Source: Microvirgula aerodenitrificans DSM 15089 (GTDB lineage: Bacteria; Pseudomonadota; Gammaproteobacteria; Burkholderiales; Aquaspirillaceae). Taken from it: 24,000 nucleotides of DNA. The notes beneath the pieces were generated by a model. It worked only from the letters and a program-made list of their open reading frames with translations, ran no database searches and had not been told where the DNA came from. The stretch lies in contig NZ_KK211072.1 in assembly GCF_000620105.1 (NCBI RefSeq), forward strand, positions 28,275 to 52,274, written 5' to 3'. This document shows, in pieces, positions 1 to 9,986 of this stretch. Numbering within the stretch: the stretch's first letter is position 1; every line of letters begins with the position of its first letter. The position numbers were made by a program, and so were the translations under genes.

Positions 1-593
1 TCCAGTGTGGCCAGATGCACGTCGCCGGCCTGGTCCGGGCCGTCATGGGTCAGCAGGCCGGGCTTGTCGGCAAGAAAAGTCAGGGTTTCGGTGGCGGCCA
101 CGGCGCAGCCGGTCACCTGGCCGCTCCAGGCGTCGAGTCCGGACGGCACATCGAGCGCCAGCCGGTGGCCGGAGATGCCGTTCAGCCAGTCGATGGCCGC
201 ACAGGCGGCCGCGTCGGGCGCGCGGCGCAGACCGATGCCGAACAGGCCGTCCAGTGCCAGCGCCGGTGCGGTGCGTGGCGCGACAACCAGGGTGACGCCG
301 GCGGCCAGAGCCTGGGCATGGGCACGCCGCGCGTCGTCGGTTGCCGGCTCGCCCAGTGGCAGCCAGGCATCGACGCGATGGCCGCGTGCGGCCAGCCGGG
401 CGGCGGCCAGCAGGGCATCGCCGCCATTGTTGCCGCGTCCGGCCAGCGCCAGGATCGGCTCACCGCGCACGATCCGCTGCTCGACCCGGTCGGCGATGGC
501 GCCGGCCGCACGATCCATCAGCGGCATGCCGGCCTGCCCGGCGAGGGTTTCGATATGGCGCAGCGTGGCAAGCGTGTGGATCGGGCGGTTCAT
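1..593 (-). CDS. nnr: NAD(P)H-hydrate epimerase (YjeF N-terminal domain family), partial, runs off the left edge
   Basis: Minus-strand frame from ATG at 593 reads MNRPIHTLATLRHIETLAGQAGMPLMDRAAGAIADRVEQRIVRGEPILALAGRGNNGGDALLAARRLAARG...; the GRGNNGGDAL motif is typical of YjeF_N/hydrate epimerase. Not in the supplied ORF track because it is truncated. Confidence 0.85.
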   Translation of the reverse strand, partial: MNRPIHTLATLRHIETLAGQAGMPLMDRAAGAIADRVEQRIVRGEPILALAGRGNNGGDALLAAARLAARGHRVDAWLPLGEPATDDARRAHAQALAAGVTLVVAPRTAPALALDGLFGIGLRRAPDAAACAAIDWLNGISGHRLALDVPSGLDAWSGQVTGCAVAATETLTFLADKPGLLTHDGPDQAGDVHLATL

Positions 594-594
594 G

Positions 595-1239
595 TCAGTC
601 TCCGGGGGCAGGCGGTGTTGCGGCAGGATCGGCCTCGCCCCAGCGCGCATGCAGCTGGTGCGGCACGCGCAACTGGTCGAGGATGCGGGCGACCACGAAG
701 TCGACCAGGTCGTCGACCGTCTGCGGATGGGTGTAAAAGCCCGGCGATGGCGGCAGGATGATCGCGCCGGCGCGGGCCAGGCTCAGCATGTTTTCCAGAT
801 GGATGACCGAGAACGGCGTTTCGCGCGGCACCAGGATCAGCGGGCGGCGCTCTTTCAGGCTGACGTCGGCGGCGCGTTCGATCAGGTTGTCGGACAGCCC
901 GTGGGCGATGGCTGCCAGCGTGCCCATCGAGCACGGGCAGACCACCATCGCATCGGACGGATTCGAGCCGCTGGCGACCGGGGCGAACCATTCGTCGCGA
1001 CCATAGACCGCCAGCTGGCCGTCTGCGGCGTGAAAGCGGGCGGCAAGGTCGCGCTGGACCCCGGCCGGGCGGGACGGCAGGGTCCAGCCCATTTCCTGCC
1101 GGGCGACGATCTGTGCCGCCTGTGAATACAGCAGCCGGACGTGGACGCCAGCCTGCAGCAGGGTGTCGAGCAGGCGCAGCCCGTACGGCAGGCCGGAGGC
1201 ACCGGTCAGGGCCAGAGTAACAGTGGCGGGAGGGGTCAT
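595..1239 (-). CDS. ubiX: Flavin prenyltransferase UbiX
   Basis: ORF MTPPATVTLALTGASGLPYGLRLLDTLLQAGVHV...VVCPCSMGTLAAIAHGLSDNLIERAADVSLKERRPLILVPRETPFSVIHLENMLSLARAGAIILPPSPGFY is characteristic of UbiX. Confidence 0.95.
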   Translation of the reverse strand: MTPPATVTLALTGASGLPYGLRLLDTLLQAGVHVRLLYSQAAQIVARQEMGWTLPSRPAGVQRDLAARFHAADGQLAVYGRDEWFAPVASGSNPSDAMVVCPCSMGTLAAIAHGLSDNLIERAADVSLKERRPLILVPRETPFSVIHLENMLSLARAGAIILPPSPGFYTHPQTVDDLVDFVVARILDQLRVPHQLHARWGEADPAATPPAPGD

Positions 1240-1757
1240 TGGGGGCGTGAAGCGAGCAGTCGGGTGGTCATGATACCGTTCAGCGTGCCGGTGACGAAGG
1301 CGGCGGCGGCAAACAGCGGGACGAAATAGCCGAGGCCGTTGCTCGGAATCAGCCAGAGTCTGGCCAGCAGCAGCTGGCCGCCGATATGGCAGAACGCGGC
1401 AATCAGCGACAGGGTGACCGGGCCGAACAGGCGGCGGGGCAGGCGATGGGCGAGCGCCAGCCCGAGCAGGCTGGCCGCCCCCCCGGCCGCGCTGAGGAAG
1501 AAGCCCGGGGTGAACAGACTGCCGAGCAGCAGCGCGGCAGCGAAAATGCGCAGGACGCTGACAGCGATGGCGGCGCGCAGGCCGAGCCGTTCCAGTGCCA
1601 GCAGGGTGACAATATTGGCAAAACCGGGCTTGATGCCGGGCAGCGGCGTCGGAATGCCGGCGTCGAACAGCGCCAGCACGATGGCCAGCGCGGCCAGCCG
1701 CGCCAGACGACGATCGGCCGGCAGGGCGTGCAGCTCGATGACGCGCTCAGTAGCCAA
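1236..1757 (-). CDS. Gx transporter family / heptaprenyl diphosphate synthase component I-like membrane protein; TTG start at 1757 proposed
   Basis: Hydrophobic protein LARLAALAIVLALFDAGIPTPLPGIKPGFANIVTLLALERLGLRAAIAVSVLRIF...; the ORF extension to 1931 overlaps the NusG-II gene on the same strand, so a start near 1757 is more plausible. Confidence 0.7.
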   Translation of the reverse strand: MATERVIELHALPADRRLARLAALAIVLALFDAGIPTPLPGIKPGFANIVTLLALERLGLRAAIAVSVLRIFAAALLLGSLFTPGFFLSAAGGAASLLGLALAHRLPRRLFGPVTLSLIAAFCHIGGQLLLARLWLIPSNGLGYFVPLFAAAAFVTGTLNGIMTTRLLASRPQ

Positions 1758-2112
1758 GGCTGTCGTACTCCTGTTGCCGGCGCAGGACTTCGATGCTGGT
1801 CCGGTTCGGCAGGCAGATCGCCATTTCGCCGGGGCGGGACAGCCAGCCGTGGCGCACGCAGTACTGGCGCGGGCTGGGATCGGTGGCGATACGGGCACGC
1901 CCGTTGCGGACTTCGACCACGGTGGTGCCAAGCGGGCCGGGCACTGACAGGGTGCGGTTCAGCCGCAACGGCAGGTCTTCGACCACCCGGCCATCGGCGC
2001 GCACGCGCAGGGTCTCGCCGATGCCGTCACGCCAGAAGTGCAGGGCGCTGGCGACGACCAGCGCAGCGCCGAGCAGCAGCGCAAGCGCGTCGCCGGCGCG
2101 GAGTGGAATCAT
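1747..2112 (-). CDS. NusG domain II-containing protein
   Basis: [27 protein letters not shown]...VVEVRNGRARIATDPSPRQYCVRHGWLSRPGEMAICLPNRTSIEV: N-terminal TM segment plus the C..HGWLSRPGEMAICLPN motif of the NusG_II family, coupled with a Gx transporter gene. Confidence 0.8.
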   Translation of the reverse strand: MIPLRAGDALALLLGAALVVASALHFWRDGIGETLRVRADGRVVEDLPLRLNRTLSVPGPLGTTVVEVRNGRARIATDPSPRQYCVRHGWLSRPGEMAICLPNRTSIEVLRRQQEYDSLGY

Positions 2113-2954
2113 GCTTCGTCGAGTTCGCGATGGCGGACCAGTACCGTCTGCTCGCCCTGGCGCAGGCGGGCGGCGAGGCGTTCGCCGAGATAGACCGAGC
2201 GGTGCTGGCCGCCGGTGCAGCCGATGGCGACGGTCAGGTAATTGCGGTTGTCGAGACGGAAGGCCGGCAGCCAGCGTTCGATCAGCCCGGCGATGTCGTC
2301 CTCCATCTGGCCGACTTGCGGCTCGGCGGCAAGAAAGGCAGCTATCGGGGCATCGCGGCCGGTCATCGGCCGCAGCTCCGGGTCGTAGTACGGGTTTGGC
2401 AGACAGCGGGTATCGAACACGAAATCGGCGTCGAGCGGCACGCCATGCTTGAAGCCGAACGACTGGATGATCAGCACCAGCGAGCCGATGTCGAGCGACA
2501 CGAAGGTACGCACATAACGGCGCAGCTGGTTGGCGGACAGGTCGCTGGTGTCGATGCGATGGCCGAGCTCGGCGACATCGCCCAGCATCTGCCGCTCCTG
2601 GGCCACGGATTCGGGAATGGTCAGCGCGCAGCCGGACAGCGGGTGGCGGCGGCGGGTTTCGGAAAAGCGGCGGATCAGGGTATCGGTCTGCGCGTCGAGG
2701 AACAGCACGCGGACGTCGTCACCGCTGGCGCGCAGCGTGTCCAGCGCCGCCGGCAGCGCACCGAGTGCGGCCGCGGAGCGGGTATCGACGCTGATGGCGA
2801 CATGGTCGTAGCCGAACGGGCGCACCTGCTCGACCACGCTGGTCAGCAGGCTGGCCGGCAGGTTGTCGATGCAATAGAAACCGCTGTCCTCGAGCATGCG
2901 CAAGGCGATGCTCTTGCCCGAGCCGGACAGTCCGCTAATCAGGATCAGCTGCAT
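2109..2954 (-). CDS. rapZ: RNase adapter RapZ (YvcJ family P-loop protein)
   Basis: [37 protein letters not shown]...[31 protein letters not shown]...[18 protein letters not shown]; classical RapZ motifs. Confidence 0.95.
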   Translation of the reverse strand: MQLILISGLSGSGKSIALRMLEDSGFYCIDNLPASLLTSVVEQVRPFGYDHVAISVDTRSAAALGALPAALDTLRASGDDVRVLFLDAQTDTLIRRFSETRRRHPLSGCALTIPESVAQERQMLGDVAELGHRIDTSDLSANQLRRYVRTFVSLDIGSLVLIIQSFGFKHGVPLDADFVFDTRCLPNPYYDPELRPMTGRDAPIAAFLAAEPQVGQMEDDIAGLIERWLPAFRLDNRNYLTVAIGCTGGQHRSVYLGERLAARLRQGEQTVLVRHRELDEA

Positions 2955-3891
2955 TTTCCTGCTCCCTCAACATGCGCGTCTGCCGTTCGATGAAGTCGCG
3001 CGTGCTGTCGATGCCCCTGAGCTGGAGAATGTAATTGCGAACGGCGGTTTCGACCAGCACGCCCAGGTTGCGACCGGCAGCCACCGGAATGGTGACCTTG
3101 CGGATTTTGACGTTCAGGACTTCCTGCGTTTCCGACTGGATGGCCAGCCGGTCGATGTCCTGCATGATCTGGTCGGTGGCCTTGACCAGATGGATGATCA
3201 GTTTGAGGATCTTTTTCGGCCGGATGGCGGTTTCGCCAAACACCGTGCGGATATTGAGGATGCCGAGGCCGCGCACTTCAAGGAAGTCGCGCAGCATGTC
3301 CGGGCAGCGTCCTTCCAGGGTTTCCGGGCCGATGCGGAACAGGTCGACCGCGTCGTCGGCCACCAGGCCGTGGCCGCGGGAAATCAGTTCCAGTGCCAGT
3401 TCGCTCTTGCCCATCGCGCTGTCGCCGGTAATCAGCACGCCGACCTCGAGCACGTCGAGGAACACGCCGTGCAGCACGGTGGACACCGCCAGGACTCGCG
3501 CCAGGTAGATGCGCATCACGTCCATCAGGTACGGCGAGGCCTGGCTCGAGGCGATCAGCGGCACGCGCTGGTGTTCGCAGGCGGCCTTCAGTGCGGCCGG
3601 AACCGGCTGGCCGTTGGCGACGATGATGGCCGACATCGGCAGCCGGAACAGCTGCTCCAGCGCTTCGCGGGCCGCGTCCTGTCCCAGCTGGTTCAGGTAG
3701 TCGCATTCGGCGACGCCGAGCACCTGCAGGCTGTTCGGGTGGATCAGGTTCAGGTGGCCGACCAGGGCCAGGGTTGGCCGCTGGTCGTCGGTGCCGATCA
3801 GGTTGTCGATGCCGGACGAGCCGGCGACCCAGTTCAGATTGAGTTTCTGCCGGTTGTCCTGATAAAGCTTCCTGACCGTGATGCTAGGCAT
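2935..3891 (-). CDS. hprK: HPr(Ser) kinase/phosphorylase
   Basis: [24 protein letters not shown]...[37 protein letters not shown]...[31 protein letters not shown]; Walker A GDSAMGKS and the HprK signature. Confidence 0.95.
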   Translation of the reverse strand: MPSITVRKLYQDNRQKLNLNWVAGSSGIDNLIGTDDQRPTLALVGHLNLIHPNSLQVLGVAECDYLNQLGQDAAREALEQLFRLPMSAIIVANGQPVPAALKAACEHQRVPLIASSQASPYLMDVMRIYLARVLAVSTVLHGVFLDVLEVGVLITGDSAMGKSELALELISRGHGLVADDAVDLFRIGPETLEGRCPDMLRDFLEVRGLGILNIRTVFGETAIRPKKILKLIIHLVKATDQIMQDIDRLAIQSETQEVLNVKIRKVTIPVAAGRNLGVLVETAVRNYILQLRGIDSTRDFIERQTRMLREQENAADPD

Positions 3892-4360
3892 GGCTGTCCT
3901 GCTGGGTGGTCAGAAGCTGGAACAGGGTCTGGGCATCCGGTGCGGCGGCCAGCGCTTCGCGCAGCTGGCGGCGGCTGAACATCTGTGCGAGTTCCGACAG
4001 TACCTGCAGATGCAGGTCGGTTGCCTGCTCGGGCACCAGCAGCACGAACAGCAGGCTGACCGGCTTGCCATCGGGCGAGTCGAACGGAATCGGGGATTTC
4101 AGGCGGATGAAGCAGCCGGCGACGTCCTTGAGCCCCTTGGCGCGACCGTGCGGGATGGCAACCCCGTGACCGAGTCCGGTGGAGCCGAGTTTTTCCCGGG
4201 CGAACAGGCTGTCGAAAACGGTGCTGCGGGCAATGCCGTAGGCGTTCTCGAACAGGATGCCGACATGCTCGAACACGCGTTTCTTGCTGCTGACGTCGAG
4301 ATCGACGAGCAGGTGGTCGGTGCTGGGCAGGATCTTTGCGATCAGACTCATGGTCGTCAA
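3884..4360 (-). CDS. ptsN: PTS IIA-like nitrogen regulatory protein PtsN
   Basis: [38 protein letters not shown]...[33 protein letters not shown]; EIIA-Ntr phosphorylation motif [10 protein letters not shown]. Confidence 0.93.
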   Translation of the reverse strand: MTTMSLIAKILPSTDHLLVDLDVSSKKRVFEHVGILFENAYGIARSTVFDSLFAREKLGSTGLGHGVAIPHGRAKGLKDVAGCFIRLKSPIPFDSPDGKPVSLLFVLLVPEQATDLHLQVLSELAQMFSRRQLREALAAAPDAQTLFQLLTTQQDSHA

Positions 4361-4518
4361 CGAGTACGAGTAATCAAAACGGGGCCATTCTAGCCGGTTA
4401 CGGCGGGAGCGTCTGCCGCATTAGTGGGCACCCCGGCCGGTCTGCACCAGCAAAGGGCAGACCGGCAGCGGAATGCCTGTGCCGGCACCCCTCCGGGCGC
4501 GAGGGCCCGCAATCAAAC

Positions 4519-4548
4519 GGGGGGACTGCCGTTTCCGGCAGTCCCCCC
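4519..4548 (-). terminator. Strong rho-independent-like hairpin downstream of hpf
   Basis: GGGGGGACTGCC-GTTTCC-GGCAGTCCCCCC: perfect 12-bp stem, 6-nt loop; read on the minus strand it is followed by GTTTGATT. Located 3' of hpf. Confidence 0.75.
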
Positions 4549-4616
4549 CTTTCAGTCAGGCCTGAGCCAGCGGCACGACGACCGCGGGCGCTTGCCCTTG
4601 TGAGTCTTCTTCAGGC

Positions 4617-4955
4617 TCAGGCTTCGGAGCCGGCGGACAGCTCCTGTGCCTTGTGCGCCTTGTCCGAGAAGTGATCCGTACTCTTCTCCTTGTGCTTCAG
4701 CACCTGTCTGTCCAGCTTGTCGGCAACCAGGTCAATGGCCGCATACATGTCGGCTGCGACTTCCTCGACGTGGATGTCCTTGCCCTTCAGGTGAACGTCG
4801 ACCGTCACTTTCTGGTCGAGTTTCTCGACCGAGAGGGCGACGTTGACGGCAATGACGTTATCGACGTGGCGGGTGATGCGGTCGATTTTTTCCGACAGGT
4901 AGTCGCGCAGGCTCGGAGTGACTTCGAGATGGACGCCGGTGATGTTCAGGTTCAT
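4617..4955 (-). CDS. hpf: Ribosome hibernation promoting factor
   Basis: MNLNITGVHLEVTPSLRDYLSEKIDRITRHVDNVIAVNVALSVEKLDQKVTVDVHLKGKDIHVEEVAADMYAAIDLVADKLDRQVLKHKEK; sigma54 modulation/HPF family, adjacent to rpoN. Confidence 0.93.
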   Translation of the reverse strand: MNLNITGVHLEVTPSLRDYLSEKIDRITRHVDNVIAVNVALSVEKLDQKVTVDVHLKGKDIHVEEVAADMYAAIDLVADKLDRQVLKHKEKSTDHFSDKAHKAQELSAGSEA

Positions 4956-5025
4956 ACCCTAACTCCTTCTGGTGGGCTGGCGTATCCATGTTGCTGGATA
5001 CGCAGGGGGCGCGCCTTGACGCGCG

Positions 5026-6471
5026 TTAAATCGTTTTCCGCTGGTTTACCGGTGGTATCAGCAATGCCTCGCGATACTTGGCGACGGTGCGGCGGGCAAC
5101 CTGGATGCCCTCGTCACCGAGCCGTTCGGCCAGCACGCTGTCCGACAGCGGTTTGTGCGGGTCTTCGTCGGCAATCAGCTTGCGCAACCGCGCCTTGATG
5201 GCGGTAGCCGAGCATTCGCCGCCGGAATCGGTGTCCAGCGCCGTGCCGAAGAAGTACTTGAGTTCGAACACGCCACGCGGACAGATCAGATACTTGCTGC
5301 TGGTCACGCGGGAGATGGTCGACTCGTGCAATCCCAATTCGTCGGCGACGTCGCGCAGCACCATGGGGCGCATTGCGACTTCACCCTGATCAAAGAACGC
5401 CTGCTGTCGCTCGACGATGACCTGCGACACTCTGAGTATAGTGTCGGCCCGCTGTTCGATGTTGCGGATCAGCCACTTGGCTTCCTGCAGCCGGCCGGAC
5501 AATTGTCCGGCCTCGCCGCGGTGCCGGCTGAGCATCTGCGCGTACAGCTGATTTACTTTCAATTTGGGCTGAGTCGCAGGATTCAAGAGGGGCAGCCAGA
5601 TTCCGTTGCGATCGCGACGGACCAGCACGTCGGCCATCACGTAGTGGGTGTCGCCGCTGCCGAAACCGGCGGCCGGACGCGGGTTCAGCGAGGCGATCAG
5701 CGCCTGGGCCTGCCGGATCGATTCGTCGTCGGCGCCGGTGGCGCGGCGCAGCCGGGTGAAGTCGCGGTTGGCGAGCAGCGGCAGGTGGTGGCGGACGATG
5801 TCCTGCGCCAGCGGCCTGGCCGGCGACTCGGGCCGGGCCGCCAGTTGCAGCAGCAGCGATTCGGTCAGATCGCGCGAGGCGACACCGGCCGGCTCGAACT
5901 GCTGGACCAGGGTCAGCGCCACGGTCAGCTCGTCGGGATCGATCTCCAGTTCCGCCGGCAGATGGACGGCAAGCTCTTCCAGCGGGCAGGGCAGGTAGCC
6001 GTCGTCGTCCAGTTCCTCGATGATGACCATCGCCATTGCCCGGTCGCGGACCGACAGCGGCAGCTCGGCCAGTTGCGCCAGCAGATGCTCGCGCAGCGTG
6101 GTGGCCCGGGTCAGGTTCTGGTGCGGGTCCCAGTCGTCGTCTTCGTCGCTGCCGTTGCGGCCGTAGCTGGACCAGTCGTTGACCAGGTTCAGGTCGGTGG
6201 CGCTGTCGTCGTTGCCGCCGGCCCCGTCCTGCTGCTGCGGTGGCTCACGCGGCTCGTCATGGCCGTTGATGGCAATCTCGCCGGCATCGCTGACTTCCGC
6301 GCCGTTTTCGTCACGGCCCTCGTCGCGCTCCAGCAGCGGATTGTCGGCGATGAACTGTTCCACTTCCTGTTGCAAGTCCAGCGTCGAGAGCTGCAGCAGC
6401 CGGATCGACTGTTGCAGTTGGGGCGTAAGGGTCAGTTGCTGACCCAGCTTGAGCTGGAGGCTTTGCTTCAT
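5026..6471 (-). CDS. rpoN: RNA polymerase sigma-54 factor
   Basis: MKQSLQLKLGQQLTLTPQLQQSIRLLQLSTLDLQQEVEQ...and C-terminal ARRTVAKYREALLIPPVNQRK (RpoN box). Confidence 0.97.
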   Translation of the reverse strand: MKQSLQLKLGQQLTLTPQLQQSIRLLQLSTLDLQQEVEQFIADNPLLERDEGRDENGAEVSDAGEIAINGHDEPREPPQQQDGAGGNDDSATDLNLVNDWSSYGRNGSDEDDDWDPHQNLTRATTLREHLLAQLAELPLSVRDRAMAMVIIEELDDDGYLPCPLEELAVHLPAELEIDPDELTVALTLVQQFEPAGVASRDLTESLLLQLAARPESPARPLAQDIVRHHLPLLANRDFTRLRRATGADDESIRQAQALIASLNPRPAAGFGSGDTHYVMADVLVRRDRNGIWLPLLNPATQPKLKVNQLYAQMLSRHRGEAGQLSGRLQEAKWLIRNIEQRADTILRVSQVIVERQQAFFDQGEVAMRPMVLRDVADELGLHESTISRVTSSKYLICPRGVFELKYFFGTALDTDSGGECSATAIKARLRKLIADEDPHKPLSDSVLAERLGDEGIQVARRTVAKYREALLIPPVNQRKTI

Positions 6472-6480
6472 GGCCGCTGT

Positions 6481-7215
6481 CTAGAGGTGGAAATGCTCGC
6501 CCAGGTAGACGCGGCGGACATTTTCGTCCTCGACCAGCGCCTGGGGCTTGCCGGCGGCAAGTACGCTGCCGGCATTGATAATGTAAGCCCGATCGCAGAT
6601 GCGCAGGGTTTCGCGAACATTGTGATCGGTGATCAGTACGCCGATGCCGCGCTCCTTCAGGTAGGAGATGATCTTCTGGATATCGATGACGGCAATCGGG
6701 TCAACGCCGGCAAACGGTTCGTCCAGCAGGATGAAACGCGGGCGCATGGCCAGCGCGCGGGCGATTTCCACCCGGCGGCGCTCGCCGCCGGACAGCGACA
6801 GCGCCGGGTTGTCGCGCAGGTGGGCGATGTTCAGATCGTCGAGCAGCAGCTCCAGTTCTTCCTGGATCTTCGCCCCTTTCAGTCCGGTCAGCTCGAGCAC
6901 GGCGAGAATGTTTTCCTCAACCGTGAGCTTGCGGAAGATCGAGGCTTCCTGCGGCAGATAGCCGATGCCGAGCCGGGCACGCTGGTGGATGGCCAGATGG
7001 CTGGCATCGATATCGTCGATATGGATGTCGCCGGCATCGGCCGGCACCAGGCCGACGATCATGTAGAAACTGGTTGTCTTGCCGGCACCATTCGGACCGA
7101 GCAGACCGACGACCTCACCGCTGTTGATTTCCAGCGAGACATCCTGGACCACCGTGCGCTTCTTGTAGCGCTTCTGCAGGTGGCGGACGCTGAGGCGACT
7201 GGTGGCTTGCGTCAT
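6481..7215 (-). CDS. lptB: LPS export ABC transporter ATP-binding protein LptB
   Basis: [33 protein letters not shown]...[23 protein letters not shown]...[33 protein letters not shown]. Confidence 0.96.
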   Translation of the reverse strand: MTQATSRLSVRHLQKRYKKRTVVQDVSLEINSGEVVGLLGPNGAGKTTSFYMIVGLVPADAGDIHIDDIDASHLAIHQRARLGIGYLPQEASIFRKLTVEENILAVLELTGLKGAKIQEELELLLDDLNIAHLRDNPALSLSGGERRRVEIARALAMRPRFILLDEPFAGVDPIAVIDIQKIISYLKERGIGVLITDHNVRETLRICDRAYIINAGSVLAAGKPQALVEDENVRRVYLGEHFHL

Positions 7216-7781
7216 TTATTGGCGCCTTCCTTCTTTTCACGCGGCTGGATCACCACGGTGACACGGCCCTTGCCGCCCTTCATTGCCTGGCCATGGGCAT
7301 CGCTGCGGGTGCCGGTGGCCTGGAATTGCTGGGTCTTGCCGTCGTAGATGATCACATTGCCGGTGACGACGTCGCCACCGCGCTGAACTCTGCCGTTGTC
7401 ATAGATTGTAACCAGTTGCTTGGCGTTGTCGTAGTCAATGCGCTGGCCCTTGCCGTTGATCCACTCGACCTTGCCGTCGCTGTCAGGGTCGAGGCGCTGG
7501 CGGAAGGTGGCCGGGTTGCCGATGGCGGTGCCGTACTGGTTGCCGGCCTTGTCCTGGTTCACCGTCAGTTTGGCGGCGGTCAGCTTCGATGTGCCCTGGG
7601 TCAGGATCACATTGCCTTCGTAGACGGTCACGCCCTTCTGCTGGTCGAGACTGGCCTGGTCGGCTTCGATATTGATCGGTTTGCTGCGGTCGGCCTTTTC
7701 GGCATGGGCGGCGAGGGCGCTGCAGACGATCAGGGCACCTGCGGCGAGGCGGAAGGAATTATTCGGATTTCGGCGGAGCAT
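7212..7781 (-). CDS. lptA: Lipopolysaccharide transport periplasmic protein LptA
   Basis: Signal peptide followed by [45 protein letters not shown]...; OstA-like/LptA fold motif, gene context. Confidence 0.9.
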   Translation of the reverse strand: MLRRNPNNSFRLAAGALIVCSALAAHAEKADRSKPINIEADQASLDQQKGVTVYEGNVILTQGTSKLTAAKLTVNQDKAGNQYGTAIGNPATFRQRLDPDSDGKVEWINGKGQRIDYDNAKQLVTIYDNGRVQRGGDVVTGNVIIYDGKTQQFQATGTRSDAHGQAMKGGKGRVTVVIQPREKKEGANK

Positions 7782-8346
7782 AAGTCATCCTGACGCGCGA
7801 TTTGAGTTTGTATTGTTGGGTGGCATCGGCGTAGTGGAAACCCACCGAGTCAATGCGGTTGCCGCCTTCGACGTAGATTGCCGGCGCCAGGGTGTCGGCG
7901 GTGCGCTTGCGCGTATCGACGGTCAAGCGGGTGGTGTCCAGCGTGGCCGGCAGCGGATGCTGCGCCGAAGGCTCTCGCCGGGCGCGGACCTTGCCGTCGA
8001 GGAAGGCGATGCCGGTATCGTTGTTGTACAGGCCGCTGGTGGTAAAGATCGACAGATCCTTCCGTCCCAGGCTGTACTGTTCCAGCGTCGAGTCGGTAAA
8101 GAATACCCGCTTGTCTTCCGGATATTGCCACATGGATTTGCCGAAGGCGTGGCGGTCGATGCGGCCATTGGCGTCGAAGCTGGTGCCGACAAAGTCGGAC
8201 GCCATGTACTCGACCGTACCGCGGTTGACCGGGTCGCGGCCGGCCGGCAGCATCGACAGCAGGTATTCCAGCCACAGCGTCAGCAGGATCAGGATCACGG
8301 CCAGCAGCAGCGGGAACAGGCGCGAGGCATTGCGGAGTGCGAACAT
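7759..8346 (-). CDS. lptC: LPS export ABC transporter periplasmic protein LptC
   Basis: Single N-terminal TM, YMASDFVGTSFDANGRIDRHAFGKSMWQYPEDKRVFFTDSTLEQYS...; position between kdsC and lptA. Confidence 0.85.
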   Translation of the reverse strand: MFALRNASRLFPLLLAVILILLTLWLEYLLSMLPAGRDPVNRGTVEYMASDFVGTSFDANGRIDRHAFGKSMWQYPEDKRVFFTDSTLEQYSLGRKDLSIFTTSGLYNNDTGIAFLDGKVRARREPSAQHPLPATLDTTRLTVDTRKRTADTLAPAIYVEGGNRIDSVGFHYADATQQYKLKSRVRMTYAPPKSE

Positions 8347-8349
8347 GGC

Positions 8350-8877
8350 TCAGTCTTCCAGGTACGGCGCGAGCGCCGCGTCCAGCGTGCCCTGGGCCTG
8401 CATGATCAGTTCACAGACTTCGCGCACCGCGCCGTGGCCGCCATGGCGACCGGTCACGTAGTGGGCGTGGCTGCGCACGATATCGGGCGCGGCCGGCACC
8501 GCGACGGCGAAGCCGACCTGGCGCATGACCGGCAGGTCGACCACGTCGTCACCGACATAGGCACAGGCGGCCGCGTCGAGCCCGGTTCTGGCCAGCAGAT
8601 CGGCGAATGCGGCGCGCTTGCCTTCCGACCCCATGTACAGGTGATCGATGCCGAGCGCGCGCGCGCGATGCTCGGTGGCGCCGGAGGCGCGGCCGGTGAT
8701 GATGGCAAGGGCGACGCCGCTTTTCTGCAGCATCTTCAGGCCGTGGCCGTCGAGGGTGTTGAATGCCTTGATTTCCTCGCCGGCCGGCGTGAAATACAGC
8801 TGGCCGTCGGTCAGGACGCCGTCGACGTCGAGGATCAGCAGGCGGACGGGAACTGCGAGTGCATGGACAGTGTGCAT
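8350..8877 (-). CDS. kdsC: 3-deoxy-D-manno-octulosonate 8-phosphate phosphatase KdsC
   Basis: VRLLILDVDGVLTDGQLYFTPAGEEIKAFNTLDGHGLKMLQKSGVALAIITGRASGATEHRARALGIDHLYMG; HAD phosphatase of KdsC type. ATG at 8877 preferred over the longer ORF start at 8901. Confidence 0.93.
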   Translation of the reverse strand: MHTVHALAVPVRLLILDVDGVLTDGQLYFTPAGEEIKAFNTLDGHGLKMLQKSGVALAIITGRASGATEHRARALGIDHLYMGSEGKRAAFADLLARTGLDAAACAYVGDDVVDLPVMRQVGFAVAVPAAPDIVRSHAHYVTGRHGGHGAVREVCELIMQAQGTLDAALAPYLED

Positions 8878-8890
8878 AGTCAGTATCGTG

Positions 8891-9874
8891 TTACACCACA
8901 CCGGCGCGGAACAGATCGTGCATGTTCAGCGCGCCAGCCAGTTTGCCGTTCGTGTCGAGCACGAGCAGGCCGTTGATCTTGTTAGCCTCCATGACCTTGA
9001 CCGCTTCGGCCGCGAGCCGGTCGGCAGCAATGGTCTTGGCGGCCGGCTGCATGACCGTGCCGACCGGGGTGGCGAGGAAATCCGCCTGACCGGCATCGAT
9101 CAGCCGGCGCAGGTCGCCGTCGGTAAAGATGCCGCGCAGCGTGCCGTCCGCGTCGGCGATGGCTGTCATGCCCAGCCCCTTGCGGCTGATTTCCAGCAGC
9201 GCATCGCGCAGGCTGGCGTCCGGTGCGACCACGGGCAGCGCATCACCGCCGTGCATCACGTCCGAAACATGGACCAGCAAACGCCGGCCCAGGCTGCCGC
9301 CCGGATGCGACAGCGCAAAATCCTCGGCACGGAAATTCCGCGCATCGAGCAGCGTCAGTGCCAGCGCGTCGCCGAGCGCCAGCGCGGCGGTGGTGCTGGC
9401 GGTCGGTGCCAGACCGAGCGGTCCGGCCTCGTGTTCAATGGCCGCGTCCAGATGGATGTCCGATTCGCGGGCCAGCGTCGACGTGTCGCGGCCGGTCATG
9501 CCGATCAGGGTGACGCCCTTGCGGCGGATGGCCGGCAGCAGGGCGATCAGCTCACCGGATTCGCCCGAATAGGACAGGGCGATCACCACGTCGCCGGCGG
9601 CAATCATGCCGAGGTCGCCGTGGGCGGCTTCGGCCGGGTGGACGAAGAATGCCGGCGTGCCGGTCGATGCCAGCGTGGCGGCAATCTTGCGCGCGATATG
9701 GCCGGACTTGCCCATGCCGGTCACGATGACCCGGCCACGGCAGGCGAGCACCGCGTCGACGGCGGCAAGAAAGCTGCCGTTCAGGCGTGCGGACACGCCC
9801 TCGATGGCTTGAGCTTCGGTGGCGAGAACATCGCGGGCAAGGGCGAGGCGATGGGCGGACAGGGATGCATTCAT
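8891..9874 (-). CDS. kdsD: Arabinose-5-phosphate isomerase KdsD/KpsF family
   Basis: VIVTGMGKSGHIARKIAATLASTGTPAFFVHPAEAAHGDLGMIAAGDVVIALSYSGESGEL... SIS domain plus two CBS domains. The upstream alternative start extends to 9898. Confidence 0.93.
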   Translation of the reverse strand: MNASLSAHRLALARDVLATEAQAIEGVSARLNGSFLAAVDAVLACRGRVIVTGMGKSGHIARKIAATLASTGTPAFFVHPAEAAHGDLGMIAAGDVVIALSYSGESGELIALLPAIRRKGVTLIGMTGRDTSTLARESDIHLDAAIEHEAGPLGLAPTASTTAALALGDALALTLLDARNFRAEDFALSHPGGSLGRRLLVHVSDVMHGGDALPVVAPDASLRDALLEISRKGLGMTAIADADGTLRGIFTDGDLRRLIDAGQADFLATPVGTVMQPAAKTIAADRLAAEAVKVMEANKINGLLVLDTNGKLAGALNMHDLFRAGVV

Positions 9875-9986
9875 GTCAGGTCGGGAGGGCGCTGTCACCC
9901 TCCGTCAAAAGATGTCGTAGTGGGGGAGTATACCAAGCGTTAAACTCGCGGCGTTTCCGATACTTCATGCCACTGTCGATTTCCTG

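Noticed and set aside
1236-1931. Full-length 231-aa reading of the Gx transporter ORF
   Set aside because: The first roughly 58 residues overlap the NusG-domain-II gene in another frame and are not membrane-protein-like; a TTG start near 1757 fits better.
5155-7347. 730-aa plus-strand ORF opposite rpoN/lptB (likewise 1386-2993 +, 2896-3978 +, 7672-8976 +, 8648-9943 + and 9996-11588 -)
   Set aside because: Low-complexity His/Gln/Arg/Ala-rich translations lying wholly antisense to confidently identified conserved genes; classic high-GC spurious ORFs.
595-9898. Possible novelty of the rapZ-hprK-ptsN-hpf-rpoN-lptBAC-kdsCD arrangement
   Set aside because: This linkage of PTS-Ntr, rpoN and LPS transport genes is well established in proteobacteria; I see nothing unusual in it here.
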